Below, piece after piece: positions 20,126-28,022 of a DNA stretch of 64,000 nt. The stretch is from an uncultured virus (IMG/VR IMGVR_UViG_2630968826_000003) (taxonomy: Duplodnaviria > Heunggongvirae > Uroviricota > Caudoviricetes): the IMG/VR virus record IMGVR_UViG_2630968826_000003. One strand, 5' to 3'. The translations under genes and the position numbers were made by a program. A model generated the notes under the pieces. It made no database searches. It was not told where the DNA came from and saw nothing but the letters and a program-made list of their open reading frames with translations. Positions within the stretch are counted from its first letter, which is position 1. Every line of letters begins with the position of its first letter.

Positions 20126-20350
20126 CTATCGTTCTTTGTTCTTACGGTAACGCTCAAGAGGAGATACATTTTTTCGTATCGTCTCTTTAACCTGCTCTCC
20201 CCGTAAAAACGTCCCATCCTTTAACGTGAAAAAGTAACTGCCATCGCCCGACAATGACGGATAGCAACAGAGCAAATCATCTTCAGGTACTGAATAACTC
20301 TCCCCTCTGTAACGAAACTGATAAACCACTTCACTTTCTGCCCCATACAT
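20126..20350 (-). CDS. Small early-region hypothetical protein
   Basis: 74-aa ORF co-directional with the early operon, overlapping the fil-like gene. Confidence 0.5.
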   Translation of the reverse strand: MYGAESEVVYQFRYRGESYSVPEDDLLCCYPSLSGDGSYFFTLKDGTFLRGEQVKETIRKNVSPLERYRKNKER

Positions 20351-20517
20351 TTGGACTTTCTCCGTTTCCTCGTGGTCAATTCAGACAGCAATTCATCTTG
20401 TGAATGACATGGATGCCAGCGTTTTCCATCCTCACCCGTGATCCAGCCGTGACCGTAGTGCATTGCCGGGCTTTGTTTTACCAGCAGCGATGCAAATGAT
20501 GGTTCTTTCGTCAGCAT
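20221..20517 (-). CDS. Fil-like (DUF2724) protein
   Basis: SFASLLVKQSPAMHYGHGWI...GKRWHP; follows cII as in 186. Confidence 0.7.
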   Translation of the reverse strand: MLTKEPSFASLLVKQSPAMHYGHGWITGEDGKRWHPCHSQDELLSELTTRKRRKSKCMGQKVKWFISFVTEGRVIQYLKMICSVAIRHCRAMAVTFSR

Positions 20518-20524
20518 AAACACC

Positions 20525-21034
20525 TCACAGCAAACCGAATGAAGCACCAAGGCCAGTCATGGTATCAACTGCACTCGCCATCGCCGGGTTAGCCTGTAAA
20601 CGGGCCTGCAATGAAACAGCAGCCAGCGCCATCAGTCGTGTTACAGAGTTAATGCTGCTGATAGCATCACGACGACCTGCACTGGTTTTTACATTGCCAG
20701 ATACCGCACCTGCAGCAATACGCCCGATCTCTGCGGTTGCACTCATGACGTAATGCGGCAGTTTCTCTTTTGCTACCTCATTAATCGGTACACATGGCAG
20801 GCAGTGAATCTGTGCCAGAAAACCATCTATCAGCGTTGAATCTTCAGTCAGATCGGTAAGCAGCCAGATTTCTGGCGCATTGAGCTGATGCGGTTGATCT
20901 GGGTTGAGTTTGTTTCGCAGAGTCTGGACATTCATTCCTGCACGTTCTGCCAGCTTCGCCATATTGTGACGAAGTGCAAAAGCTCTACAGGCTTCATCAA
21001 AATGCGGGTGTTTGGAAATCTTATAATCAAACAT
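20525..21034 (-). CDS. cII: CII activator (186 type)
   Basis: MFDY...HPHFDEACRAFA, LRNKLNPDQPH. Confidence 0.9.
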   Translation of the reverse strand: MFDYKISKHPHFDEACRAFALRHNMAKLAERAGMNVQTLRNKLNPDQPHQLNAPEIWLLTDLTEDSTLIDGFLAQIHCLPCVPINEVAKEKLPHYVMSATAEIGRIAAGAVSGNVKTSAGRRDAISSINSVTRLMALAAVSLQARLQANPAMASAVDTMTGLGASFGLL

Positions 21035-21066
21035 GCTACCCCCTTAGAAAGTTCTCATAATTGAAC

Positions 21067-21309
21067 TTACTTACCAACAATGACGCGGAAGTTGGAATGA
21101 CCGAGGGATTCACGGACCTGATCGGTTTTGTACATTAAATAACGCAGGCTTACGCGGCCTTTGTTTTTTTCTTTCTTGACCATGTATTTAGCAAGCTGAC
21201 CATGGTGAATTTTTTGATACACGGAGCCGCGGGAGATACCTTCCCATTCCGCGAACTCAGCAGGCGTTGCCATCTCTTTTGGTACACGAATTGAAATATC
21301 AGTACTCAT
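21067..21309 (-). CDS. Apl/Cox-like repressor-excisionase
   Basis: 80 aa, HTH-like TPAEFAEWEGISRGSVY; divergent from cI. Confidence 0.75.
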   Translation of the reverse strand: MSTDISIRVPKEMATPAEFAEWEGISRGSVYQKIHHGQLAKYMVKKEKNKGRVSLRYLMYKTDQVRESLGHSNFRVIVGK

Positions 21310-21425
21310 AGTGCAGTATCTCTTAGTTTGGTTTCGTTTTATCTTGTTTTATGTGGTTTGGTTTTGCTTTTCAAACCATGAATGGATATTAAGATCACTT
21401 TTTATATGCGTCAAGAGGTTTGATT

Positions 21426-22058
21426 ATGAGTTTAATCAAGGCGGGGAATGATAGTGGTGGGCGCGATGCGATTAATAGGCTTATTAAGGCTTACAACTTC
21501 AGCTCACGACAGCAGCTCTGCGAACATCTGGAAGTATCAAAAAGCACTATGGCTAACAGATACTTAAGGGATAGCTTTCCTGCCGAATGGGTAATCCAAT
21601 GTGCCCTTGAAACAGGAGTTTCCCTTCTATGGCTGGCTACTGGTCAAGGAGATATGTATGCGTGTGAGAACGAAGAAACAAATCTCAAAAATGAACCTCC
21701 CGTCACTGTAAGACCACTTTCTAAGATCGTTGCTCCTAGCATCAAACGTGTTGAACTGAAGAACGGCGAACTGCAGCCAAGTGATGAAATTCTTCTTGAT
21801 AGCAGCCTGCTCGATGGTGACTCATCCAACGCTTTATTTGTTAAAACAGCTAATGATAGCTTTGTAGTGGATACGTCTGTTAAACAAGTCAGTAATGGCT
21901 TCTGGTTAGTCGATATGGACGGAGTTAAAAGCATCGTCAAAATTGCGCGCATACCCGGAAACAAAATAGTAGTTAACCAAGATGACACTTCATTTGAATG
22001 TTCTGTAGATGATGTGGAAGTCGTAGGACGTGCAGTCAAAGTAATCAAGAACCTCTAA
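21426..22058 (+). CDS. cI: CI immunity repressor (186 type)
   Basis: AINRLIKAY...SKSTMANRYLRDSFP...CALETGVSLLWLATG. Confidence 0.9.
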   Translation: MSLIKAGNDSGGRDAINRLIKAYNFSSRQQLCEHLEVSKSTMANRYLRDSFPAEWVIQCALETGVSLLWLATGQGDMYACENEETNLKNEPPVTVRPLSKIVAPSIKRVELKNGELQPSDEILLDSSLLDGDSSNALFVKTANDSFVVDTSVKQVSNGFWLVDMDGVKSIVKIARIPGNKIVVNQDDTSFECSVDDVEVVGRAVKVIKNL

Positions 22059-22061
22059 CTT

Positions 22062-23102
22062 ATGACCATCAGAAAACAGCCGAACGGAAAATGGTTGTGT
22101 GAGTGCTATCCCAATGGACGCAATGGTAAGCGCGTGCGTAAGCAATTTGCTACCAAAGGCGAAGCCATTGCGTTTGAAAGCTTCACAATGGAAGAAGTGA
22201 ACAAAAAACCATGGCTAGGGGAAAAGGAAGATCGGCGACATCTATCAGAATTAATTGAGCTGTGGTATTCCCTGTATGGTCAAACACTCGCAGACCCCAA
22301 GCGCCTCATGGCGAAACTTAGAATTATCTGTAATGGTCTAGGCGATCCCATCGCCTCAGAACTGACAGCTGGTGAGTTTACGAAATACCGCGAAGCACGG
22401 TTAAAAGGTGAAGTACGAAATGAAGATGGCACGCTTATGTCGCCCGTTAAGCCCCGCACGGTAAATCTTGAACAGCGCAACCTATCATCTGTTTTTGGTA
22501 CACTGAAAAAGCTGGGCCACTGGTCAGCCCCCAACCCGCTTGCTGGGCTGCCAACATTTAAAATTGCTGAGGGTGAATTGGCGTTCCTGACCCCGGAAGA
22601 AATTAAACGTCTGCTGGATGCCTGTGCTGATTCTCAAAGCCCCAGTCTGCTGATGATTGCAAAAATATGCTTGGCCACCGGCGCACGCTGGAGCGAAGCC
22701 GAAAACCTACAGAGTCATCAGGTATCAAAATACCGTATCACTTATACCAAGACTAAAGGAAAGAAAAACCGAACAGTGCCTATTTCAAAGGATTTATATG
22801 AAGAACTGCCTAAGAATAGGGGAAAATTATTTACACCTTGTAGGAAAGCTTTTGAACGTGCGGTAAAACGAGCTGGTATCGAGCTACCAGAAGGGCAATG
22901 CACACACGTATTACGACATACATTTGCAAGTCACTTTATGATGAATGGCGGAAACATACTGGTGCTGCGCGATATTCTGGGCCATGTCGATATAAAAATG
23001 ACAATGATTTACGCCCACTTCGCTCCCGACCATCTGGAAGATGCTGTAACCAAAAATCCTCTTGCTAACCTTGGATGGAGAAAATTAGAAAGTGCTTGTT
23101 AA
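22062..23102 (+). CDS. int: Tyrosine integrase of prophage 1
   Basis: TGARWSEA, HVLRHTFASH, LGH, YAH catalytic motifs. Confidence 0.95.
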   Translation: MTIRKQPNGKWLCECYPNGRNGKRVRKQFATKGEAIAFESFTMEEVNKKPWLGEKEDRRHLSELIELWYSLYGQTLADPKRLMAKLRIICNGLGDPIASELTAGEFTKYREARLKGEVRNEDGTLMSPVKPRTVNLEQRNLSSVFGTLKKLGHWSAPNPLAGLPTFKIAEGELAFLTPEEIKRLLDACADSQSPSLLMIAKICLATGARWSEAENLQSHQVSKYRITYTKTKGKKNRTVPISKDLYEELPKNRGKLFTPCRKAFERAVKRAGIELPEGQCTHVLRHTFASHFMMNGGNILVLRDILGHVDIKMTMIYAHFAPDHLEDAVTKNPLANLGWRKLESAC

Positions 23103-24138
23103 TAACTATATCCAACAATACCCATGGATATCGTACTTACTTATCATAATATATTTTTTATATATATGCCTTGAATTATATCTATGCGTATCAAAAAAAG
23201 GCTTTAACATGGATGAAAGGCCATTAACAAGTCAATACTTATTTAAACAATCACTTAGGATTCCTGTATTTTCAGCGATATACTTTGGTATATTTTCCTG
23301 GCTTGGACATTCCCCTCAATTTGATAGTGAGGGCTTTAATAATTTCATTGCAATTAGCAAGCTTCCTATCGCCTTACTTTCTTTGTCCATACCATTTGTT
23401 GCTGTCGTAGCAAACATACACCGCACAGTTCAAACAAACCGACAAATTGAGGAAACCAAGCAAAAGAATCTATCTGATAGCTACTATAGCCATCTAAAGT
23501 TCGTTACTGATTATTTCACCAATTTACCTAACAAAACCATTAAACGCGAACGTCATTATGGTACTAAAGAGATAAGTTATAAAATAAACTACCCAATACA
23601 TCTATATAGATATATTTTCATAAATAGCTCACCAGAGAAGGGACGGCCTAAAAATACAGATAAAGAATACATACGTGAAGTAAATAATCACTGGGTTGAT
23701 ATACTAAAAAACCTAGAGAAGATACATTCATCTAATCGTGGCTCTCAGTTTGCCGAAGTTTTAATCCGTCAAATGCAATCTCTTCATTCAATAGAAAAAC
23801 ACTTATCCGAACTTAATCGAATGCTTTGCCTAACTCCCATGGAGTTAAATGAACATGCAACTTTATACTTTGATGGATATGAAATGATTACTAACTTCAT
23901 GTCCAGCATTGAACTTGGCGATACAATTGAAACCTACTTCAAATTTACCATTGATATTCTTGATATTACCGATAATTTCCTTTCATTCAAGGATGATGGC
24001 TCGTCTGGGCAAATCATTATACTAGCAAGATTACTGAAAGATAATAATCCAGCTATCTTTGATGAAATTGTAACAAACAAAGGGAAGGCTCAACCTTCGT
24101 TGACCTACAATGGCGACAGATTGGCGACAGAACATTAA
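23092..24138 (+). CDS. Membrane protein of unknown function (cargo between int and att)
   Basis: 348 aa, about 3 N-terminal TM segments plus a soluble C-terminal domain; AT-rich; overlaps the int stop. Confidence 0.75.
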   Translation: MLVNNYIQQYPWISYLLIIIYFLYICLELYLCVSKKGFNMDERPLTSQYLFKQSLRIPVFSAIYFGIFSWLGHSPQFDSEGFNNFIAISKLPIALLSLSIPFVAVVANIHRTVQTNRQIEETKQKNLSDSYYSHLKFVTDYFTNLPNKTIKRERHYGTKEISYKINYPIHLYRYIFINSSPEKGRPKNTDKEYIREVNNHWVDILKNLEKIHSSNRGSQFAEVLIRQMQSLHSIEKHLSELNRMLCLTPMELNEHATLYFDGYEMITNFMSSIELGDTIETYFKFTIDILDITDNFLSFKDDGSSGQIIILARLLKDNNPAIFDEIVTNKGKAQPSLTYNGDRLATEH

Positions 24139-24223
24139 AAATGAGTAAAACGGACAAACACAAGATAATACTAACTTACTGATTTTAAACGCAAGTTAAT
24201 GTTTTTGCTATAGTGAAAATGGT

Positions 24224-24268
24224 ATGTAGGAATTTCGGACGCGGGTTCAACTCCCGCCAGCTCCACCA
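24224..24268 (+). repeat. ssrA: att core: duplicated 3' end of ssrA (tmRNA), junction of prophage 1 and prophage 2
   Basis: atgtaggaatttcggacgcgggttcaactcccgccagctccacca, identical to 55900-55944; contains T-arm and CCA. Confidence 0.92.
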
Positions 24269-24277
24269 AATAAAACA

Positions 24278-24307
24278 AGGGGTTACGTGAAAACGTAGCC
24301 CCTTTTT
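24278..24307 (+). terminator. Phage-supplied terminator after the ssrA 3' end
   Basis: aaggggttacg-tgaaaa-cgtagcccctt followed by a T run. Confidence 0.75.
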
Positions 24308-24349
24308 GTTGTCCATGTCCACTTTACGTCCGCCCAGTTAAAGGATTTA

Positions 24350-24598
24350 ATGCAGATGGCCACAAAATATCAAACAGAACTGGCACTGAAGGCTTTACTC
24401 ATTGAGTTGAACCACTCTGGTCAAGACTTATATAAGCTCATTGACGATGCTATTTTGCGTATGCAACAGGAAAAAATCTTTGTGAAAGAGGATTCATACA
24501 GGGAGCGAGGTGGAGCGGAAGATGTACTCTTTATTAACGTAGAGGCAATCGCGGGGAAGCGGCCTGATATAGCTCCAGGAAACATTGAGAATTTCTAA
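24350..24598 (+). CDS. Hypothetical protein (about 80 aa)
   Basis: ORF with AAGGA upstream and a hairpin plus T run directly downstream (24608-24640). Confidence 0.55.
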   Translation: MQMATKYQTELALKALLIELNHSGQDLYKLIDDAILRMQQEKIFVKEDSYRERGGAEDVLFINVEAIAGKRPDIAPGNIENF

Positions 24599-24638
24599 CC
24601 AGCGACTAAAACCCATCTGCTTCTAAGCAAATGGGTTT

Positions 24639-25398
24639 TTGATAGTAGATGCGCTAGGCAATCCCTTGGCTACGTCCCTCACTCCAAAAATGTTTGCTCA
24701 TTATCGGGATAAGCGTTTAACCGGAGAAATTTACTTCAGCGAAAAATGGAAAAACGGTGCCAGTCCTGTAACCGTTAATTTGGAGCAAAACTATTTAAGC
24801 GGTGCTTTTAGTGAGCTGATACGTTTGGGGGAATGGTTGCAACCTAACCCTCTTGAGAACATGCGTAAGTTCACCATAGCCGAAAAAGAAATGGCGTGGC
24901 TAACCCACGAGCAGATCGCAGAATTGCTTTATGATTGCCAACACCAGAACGAATTGTTAACGCTGGTAGTCAAGATTTGTTTAAGCACCGGCGCCCGATG
25001 GCGAGAAGCTGTAAACCTAACCAGATCGCAGGTGACTAAGTACCGCATTACTTTCACCAGGACTAAGGGTAAAAAAAAATAGAAGTATCCCTATCAGCAA
25101 AGAACTGTATGAAGAGATCACAGCGCTAAAAGGATTCAAATTCTTTGACGATTACTACTTTCAGTTTGCTTCGGTGATGGATAAAACATCCATCATTCTG
25201 CCTCGTGGACAGCTAACACATGTCCTGCGCCATACTTTCGCCGCTCACTTTATGATGTCCGGTGGCAACATACTGGCGCTTCAAAAAATACTGTGGCACC
25301 ATGATATAAAGATGACAATGCGTTACGCCCACCTAGCCCCAGATCACCTTGAAACCGCGCTGAGGTTCAACACGCTGGCAACAATGCAAGCGGCATAA
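24639..25398 (+). pseudogene. int: Remnant of a second P2/186-family integrase
   Basis: 5'-truncated; TGARWREA and HVLRHTFAAH present; frameshift in an A9 run (25071-25079, TKGKK/NRSIP); LGH changed to LWH. Confidence 0.9.
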
Positions 25399-25411
25399 CG
25401 ACCAAATATTA

Positions 25412-25441
25412 AAGGCCGCTGGAGGTGAACCCAGCGGCCTT
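25412..25441 (-). terminator. Terminator of the small-toxin mRNA
   Basis: 11-bp stem aaggccgctgg/ccagcggcctt just downstream of the 27-aa ORF. Confidence 0.7.
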
Positions 25442-25461
25442 ACTTACGTTTCCACGCTCAC

Positions 25462-25545
25462 TTAGAACCAGATCGCGCGAATCAGCTCAAGAAGGGCAGT
25501 TAGCGCCTTCAGAGCAATGATTGCAATATCTAAAATTGCTTTCAT
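25462..25545 (-). CDS. DinQ/TisB-like type I toxin peptide (27 aa)
   Basis: MKAILDIAIIALKALTALLELIRAIWF; resembles DinQ (ALLELIR) and TisB (DIAI..LK); GGGAG SD inside a hairpin; below the ORF-track cutoff. Confidence 0.8.
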   Translation of the reverse strand: MKAILDIAIIALKALTALLELIRAIWF

Positions 25546-25787
25546 CCGTTTGCTCCCAGAATAGGGAGCGCGTTTAGATGATTATACTCCTTACGTTGCC
25601 TGGATAATCACCCTCACTTCAAGTGTTAGTGGAAGTGTGACGCGCTCAAACCAAAAGTCTGACCCGACACCACTCGTAATCAGCCAGGGCTTATAAACAT
25701 TTCCGCAAGCCATGCAGAAAATTCGAATTCCTTTTCGAGTAGTAAGTACTTTGGCTTAGCATATGCGTCACGTCACTAACGCCTTGG

Positions 25788-25815
25788 ATTATAAGGTTAT
25801 GAGCGATTGTTTCAA
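25788..25815 (-). promoter_or_regulatory. sigma70 promoter of the toxin mRNA
   Basis: TTGAAA-16-TATAAT on the minus strand; predicted +1 near 25780. Confidence 0.7.
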
Positions 25816-25837
25816 CGAATAAGTAGTATTCAGACGT

Positions 25838-25870
25838 AAAAAAGCCCAACTGGTGAGGTTGGGCTTTTTT
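25838..25870. terminator. Bidirectional intrinsic terminator
   Basis: aaaaaagcccaac-tggtgag-gttgggctttttt. Confidence 0.85.
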
Positions 25871-25922
25871 ACAATCCTACTAGATTGGTAGTCTAGCGGG
25901 AAACGTCACACTTCCACTAACT
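25838..25922 (-). ncRNA. Candidate antitoxin sRNA (about 85 nt)
   Basis: TTGTGG-17-TAAACT promoter (25957-25929); 5' 18 nt perfectly complementary to the toxin leader (25625-25642); ends at terminator 25838-25870. Confidence 0.7.
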
Positions 25923-25996
25923 GCCTATAGTTTACTTACAAAACCGCTATACCACAACTCACATGTTATGTTCTAGCGATTCAGAATTTATAACCT

Positions 25997-26200
25997 AATG
26001 GCGACAAAATGGCGGCAGGCGTTACCACTCGTCACCCTTAGACGCCCCTAACCACCTTTGTAAGTTATTGAATATTAGGTAAGTGTTTGTTTTTCAAAAC
26101 CCATTTACATAAATGGTTTTTTTGTTGCCTAAAGACAAAAACAATTTAATTCAATATGTTAGGGCACAACCTTCATCGGAGTGGCGACGAAATAGCCACA
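25997..26200 (+). other. Relic attP-like region belonging to the decayed integrase
   Basis: TGGCGACA-type arm repeats at both ends, IHF-like sites (26061-26073, 26149-26161), central palindrome 26096-26121. Confidence 0.55.
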
Positions 26201-26223
26201 GAGGTAGTGCCTAATCTTAGTAA

Positions 26224-27342
26224 TTACAAGTCTTCCTCGTCAGGCCTATATTCTAATTCAAGCTCTCCGAAATCCATCGACGTTGGGCGCTCGATCACTT
26301 CCACATCGTCAACGGTCAAATCATCTATAGAACCCGATAAGTCTCCGGAGATTGTGATAAGTATTCTGGATGTATACGTTTCCTCAGCTCGCTTAGTAAT
26401 TGACCCCATGTACACGTGGTCTTTGTCACATGAATCGTAAACCGATAGGGAGAAATCCCCTTCTGCGTAAAGTGAAATTTCAGCGAATGCTTCTAAAACA
26501 ACCCAGTTTTCATCCTTATCAATAACAGTGAATTGATTATCTGAAAACTCAAAATCTTCAAACCCACCTGAGCATCCATCAGCCTCCCAATATAAATATG
26601 AATCTGCCTCTTGTTCTGGTGCAAACCCTTCAAAAGTTGACTCAAGGTGTACAGCAACATCATGCAAGAATTTACCGGCTTGTCCTTCATCAAGTGCTTT
26701 TTGTAAGTTATCAATTAGCTCATAAGGTGCGGTTTCTTCATTGAAGTGTGCTAAAGCGCTTGATAAGTCTGGTTCATAGTGCAGATTCTCAGCATCAACA
26801 CAAAATCTCTGCCAATCATCATCTCTTGCTACAGCAAGAACATTTTCACCATTCTCTTCAGCCCAAGCTTGGACAGCCATTAATGCTATGGCATCGGGAA
26901 ACTCATTTTTTTTCTTACCTGTATCCGCAAAAGGAGCTTCTGAAGAGAAATATCGCTCAAGGAGCTCAGGTACCGAAACATAATCCCCAGTGGTTAGAAC
27001 CTCCGCATCTGTGACAGCAACAAATCTGTCTAATCTGCTCTTTCCTAATCCTTCAACTTCTCTGCTTTCAATCAATGTTTTTTTTGCATCATTTAGTTCA
27101 CTTCCATCAAAAAAAAGGTGGTCGCCAGCTTCTTCGAAAGCTTTCTCAAGTGAGCCACGTGAAGTCTTGATTTTTCTTTCTAGATGATTTTTAACTTCAT
27201 TGTATATTACATCCGGTATCAAAAACGTCGTCGAAGTTCTGCTGAACTGGGAAAGCTTACCCAGCAGTCCTTTCTCAAGCTTTAATCCGTACTGATCGTA
27301 GATACTCGTATCTAGCAAGATCGCGGTGAATTTTTCAGTCAT
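26224..27342 (-). CDS. PIN-domain protein (DUF4935-like), candidate defence effector
   Basis: ILLDTSIY, VYNEV, APF...KKNEFPDA, VARDDDW acidic PIN motifs; acidic C-terminus. Confidence 0.75.
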   Translation of the reverse strand: MTEKFTAILLDTSIYDQYGLKLEKGLLGKLSQFSRTSTTFLIPDVIYNEVKNHLERKIKTSRGSLEKAFEEAGDHLFFDGSELNDAKKTLIESREVEGLGKSRLDRFVAVTDAEVLTTGDYVSVPELLERYFSSEAPFADTGKKKNEFPDAIALMAVQAWAEENGENVLAVARDDDWQRFCVDAENLHYEPDLSSALAHFNEETAPYELIDNLQKALDEGQAGKFLHDVAVHLESTFEGFAPEQEADSYLYWEADGCSGGFEDFEFSDNQFTVIDKDENWVVLEAFAEISLYAEGDFSLSVYDSCDKDHVYMGSITKRAEETYTSRILITISGDLSGSIDDLTVDDVEVIERPTSMDFGELELEYRPDEEDL

Positions 27343-27816
27343 ATCGAATGCCTTAATATAAGCTCAGCCAAGTAAACGCAATAAAATCCTCGGAATAATA
27401 TCCACAGCTAAAAAGCAACTACTAATGTGGCAAAAGTTTTCTCAAGTTCCAAGATTAAAAGTAGATTTTGATGCAATTGTGAGATCGCTGGTTTACACGA
27501 CACGCGGCAGCTTTTTCAGTTTACTATTAACCTTCTAATTGTCCCTACGCCTTGCTAACTCTGGCTTCAACTTTTCCGCAGCGAATACAGCCACAAAACC
27601 AAAACGATCCTCCGAACTCACACAAAAAAAACATTTTCCTTATTTATCTGTTAGTTATGTTTTCTCTTAATCCTCCACAGATCCGTGAAAGTGAAAAACA
27701 CTGAAATTACTTTCAATCTTTTCAGTTCTGGTTTTCCGCAAAGCCGCCAGTAATGGCGCTATCTGGCGGTCTGGTTTGTAGAAAAAGAAAACTGAAAAAT
27801 TTTATCGATCCAAAAA

Positions 27817-27843
27817 CCGCAGGCGGGTGCGGTGTAGCGCCGT
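27817..27843. other. Possible cos/packaging site of prophage 2
   Basis: GC-rich ccgcaggcgggtgcggtgtagcgccg in a long non-coding gap after the last tail gene; positional argument only. Confidence 0.35.
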
Positions 27844-28022
27844 TTTTGTCTGCGAAAGATTTATTTTGTCAGCGTGTGGCGTCGTCAGCGTAACGTGACA
27901 ACACAGATCCTTTTGCGGTGTTGCGCGGTAGTTGTCAGATAAAAGAAGCGCTTAGAATGCGTCTGGTGAGGTCTGGGAATGGGTACAAAAAAGCCCGCAT
28001 TATGCGCGGGCTGATGGGATGT

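Larger units (their letters stand above)
1..24268. mobile_element. P2-like prophage 1 (Fels-2/186 type), left part outside the window
   Basis: P2 gene order H-I-J-W-V-S-R-lysis-X-L-M-N-O / P-Q, cos, A, cII-apl-cI-int; ends at an ssrA 3'-end duplication. Confidence 0.95.

Noticed and set aside
24224..24268. tRNA-like sequence with T-arm and CCA (also 55900-55944)
   Set aside because: Only the last 45 nt of tmRNA; an att duplication, not a functional tRNA or tmRNA gene
25071..25079. A9 run as a phase-variation switch or programmed frameshift for the second integrase
   Set aside because: The gene also lacks its N-terminus and carries LGH to LWH, so restoring the frame would not give an active enzyme
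25700..25960. LexA box for the DinQ-like toxin
   Set aside because: Searched by eye around both predicted promoters; no CTG-N10-CAG found
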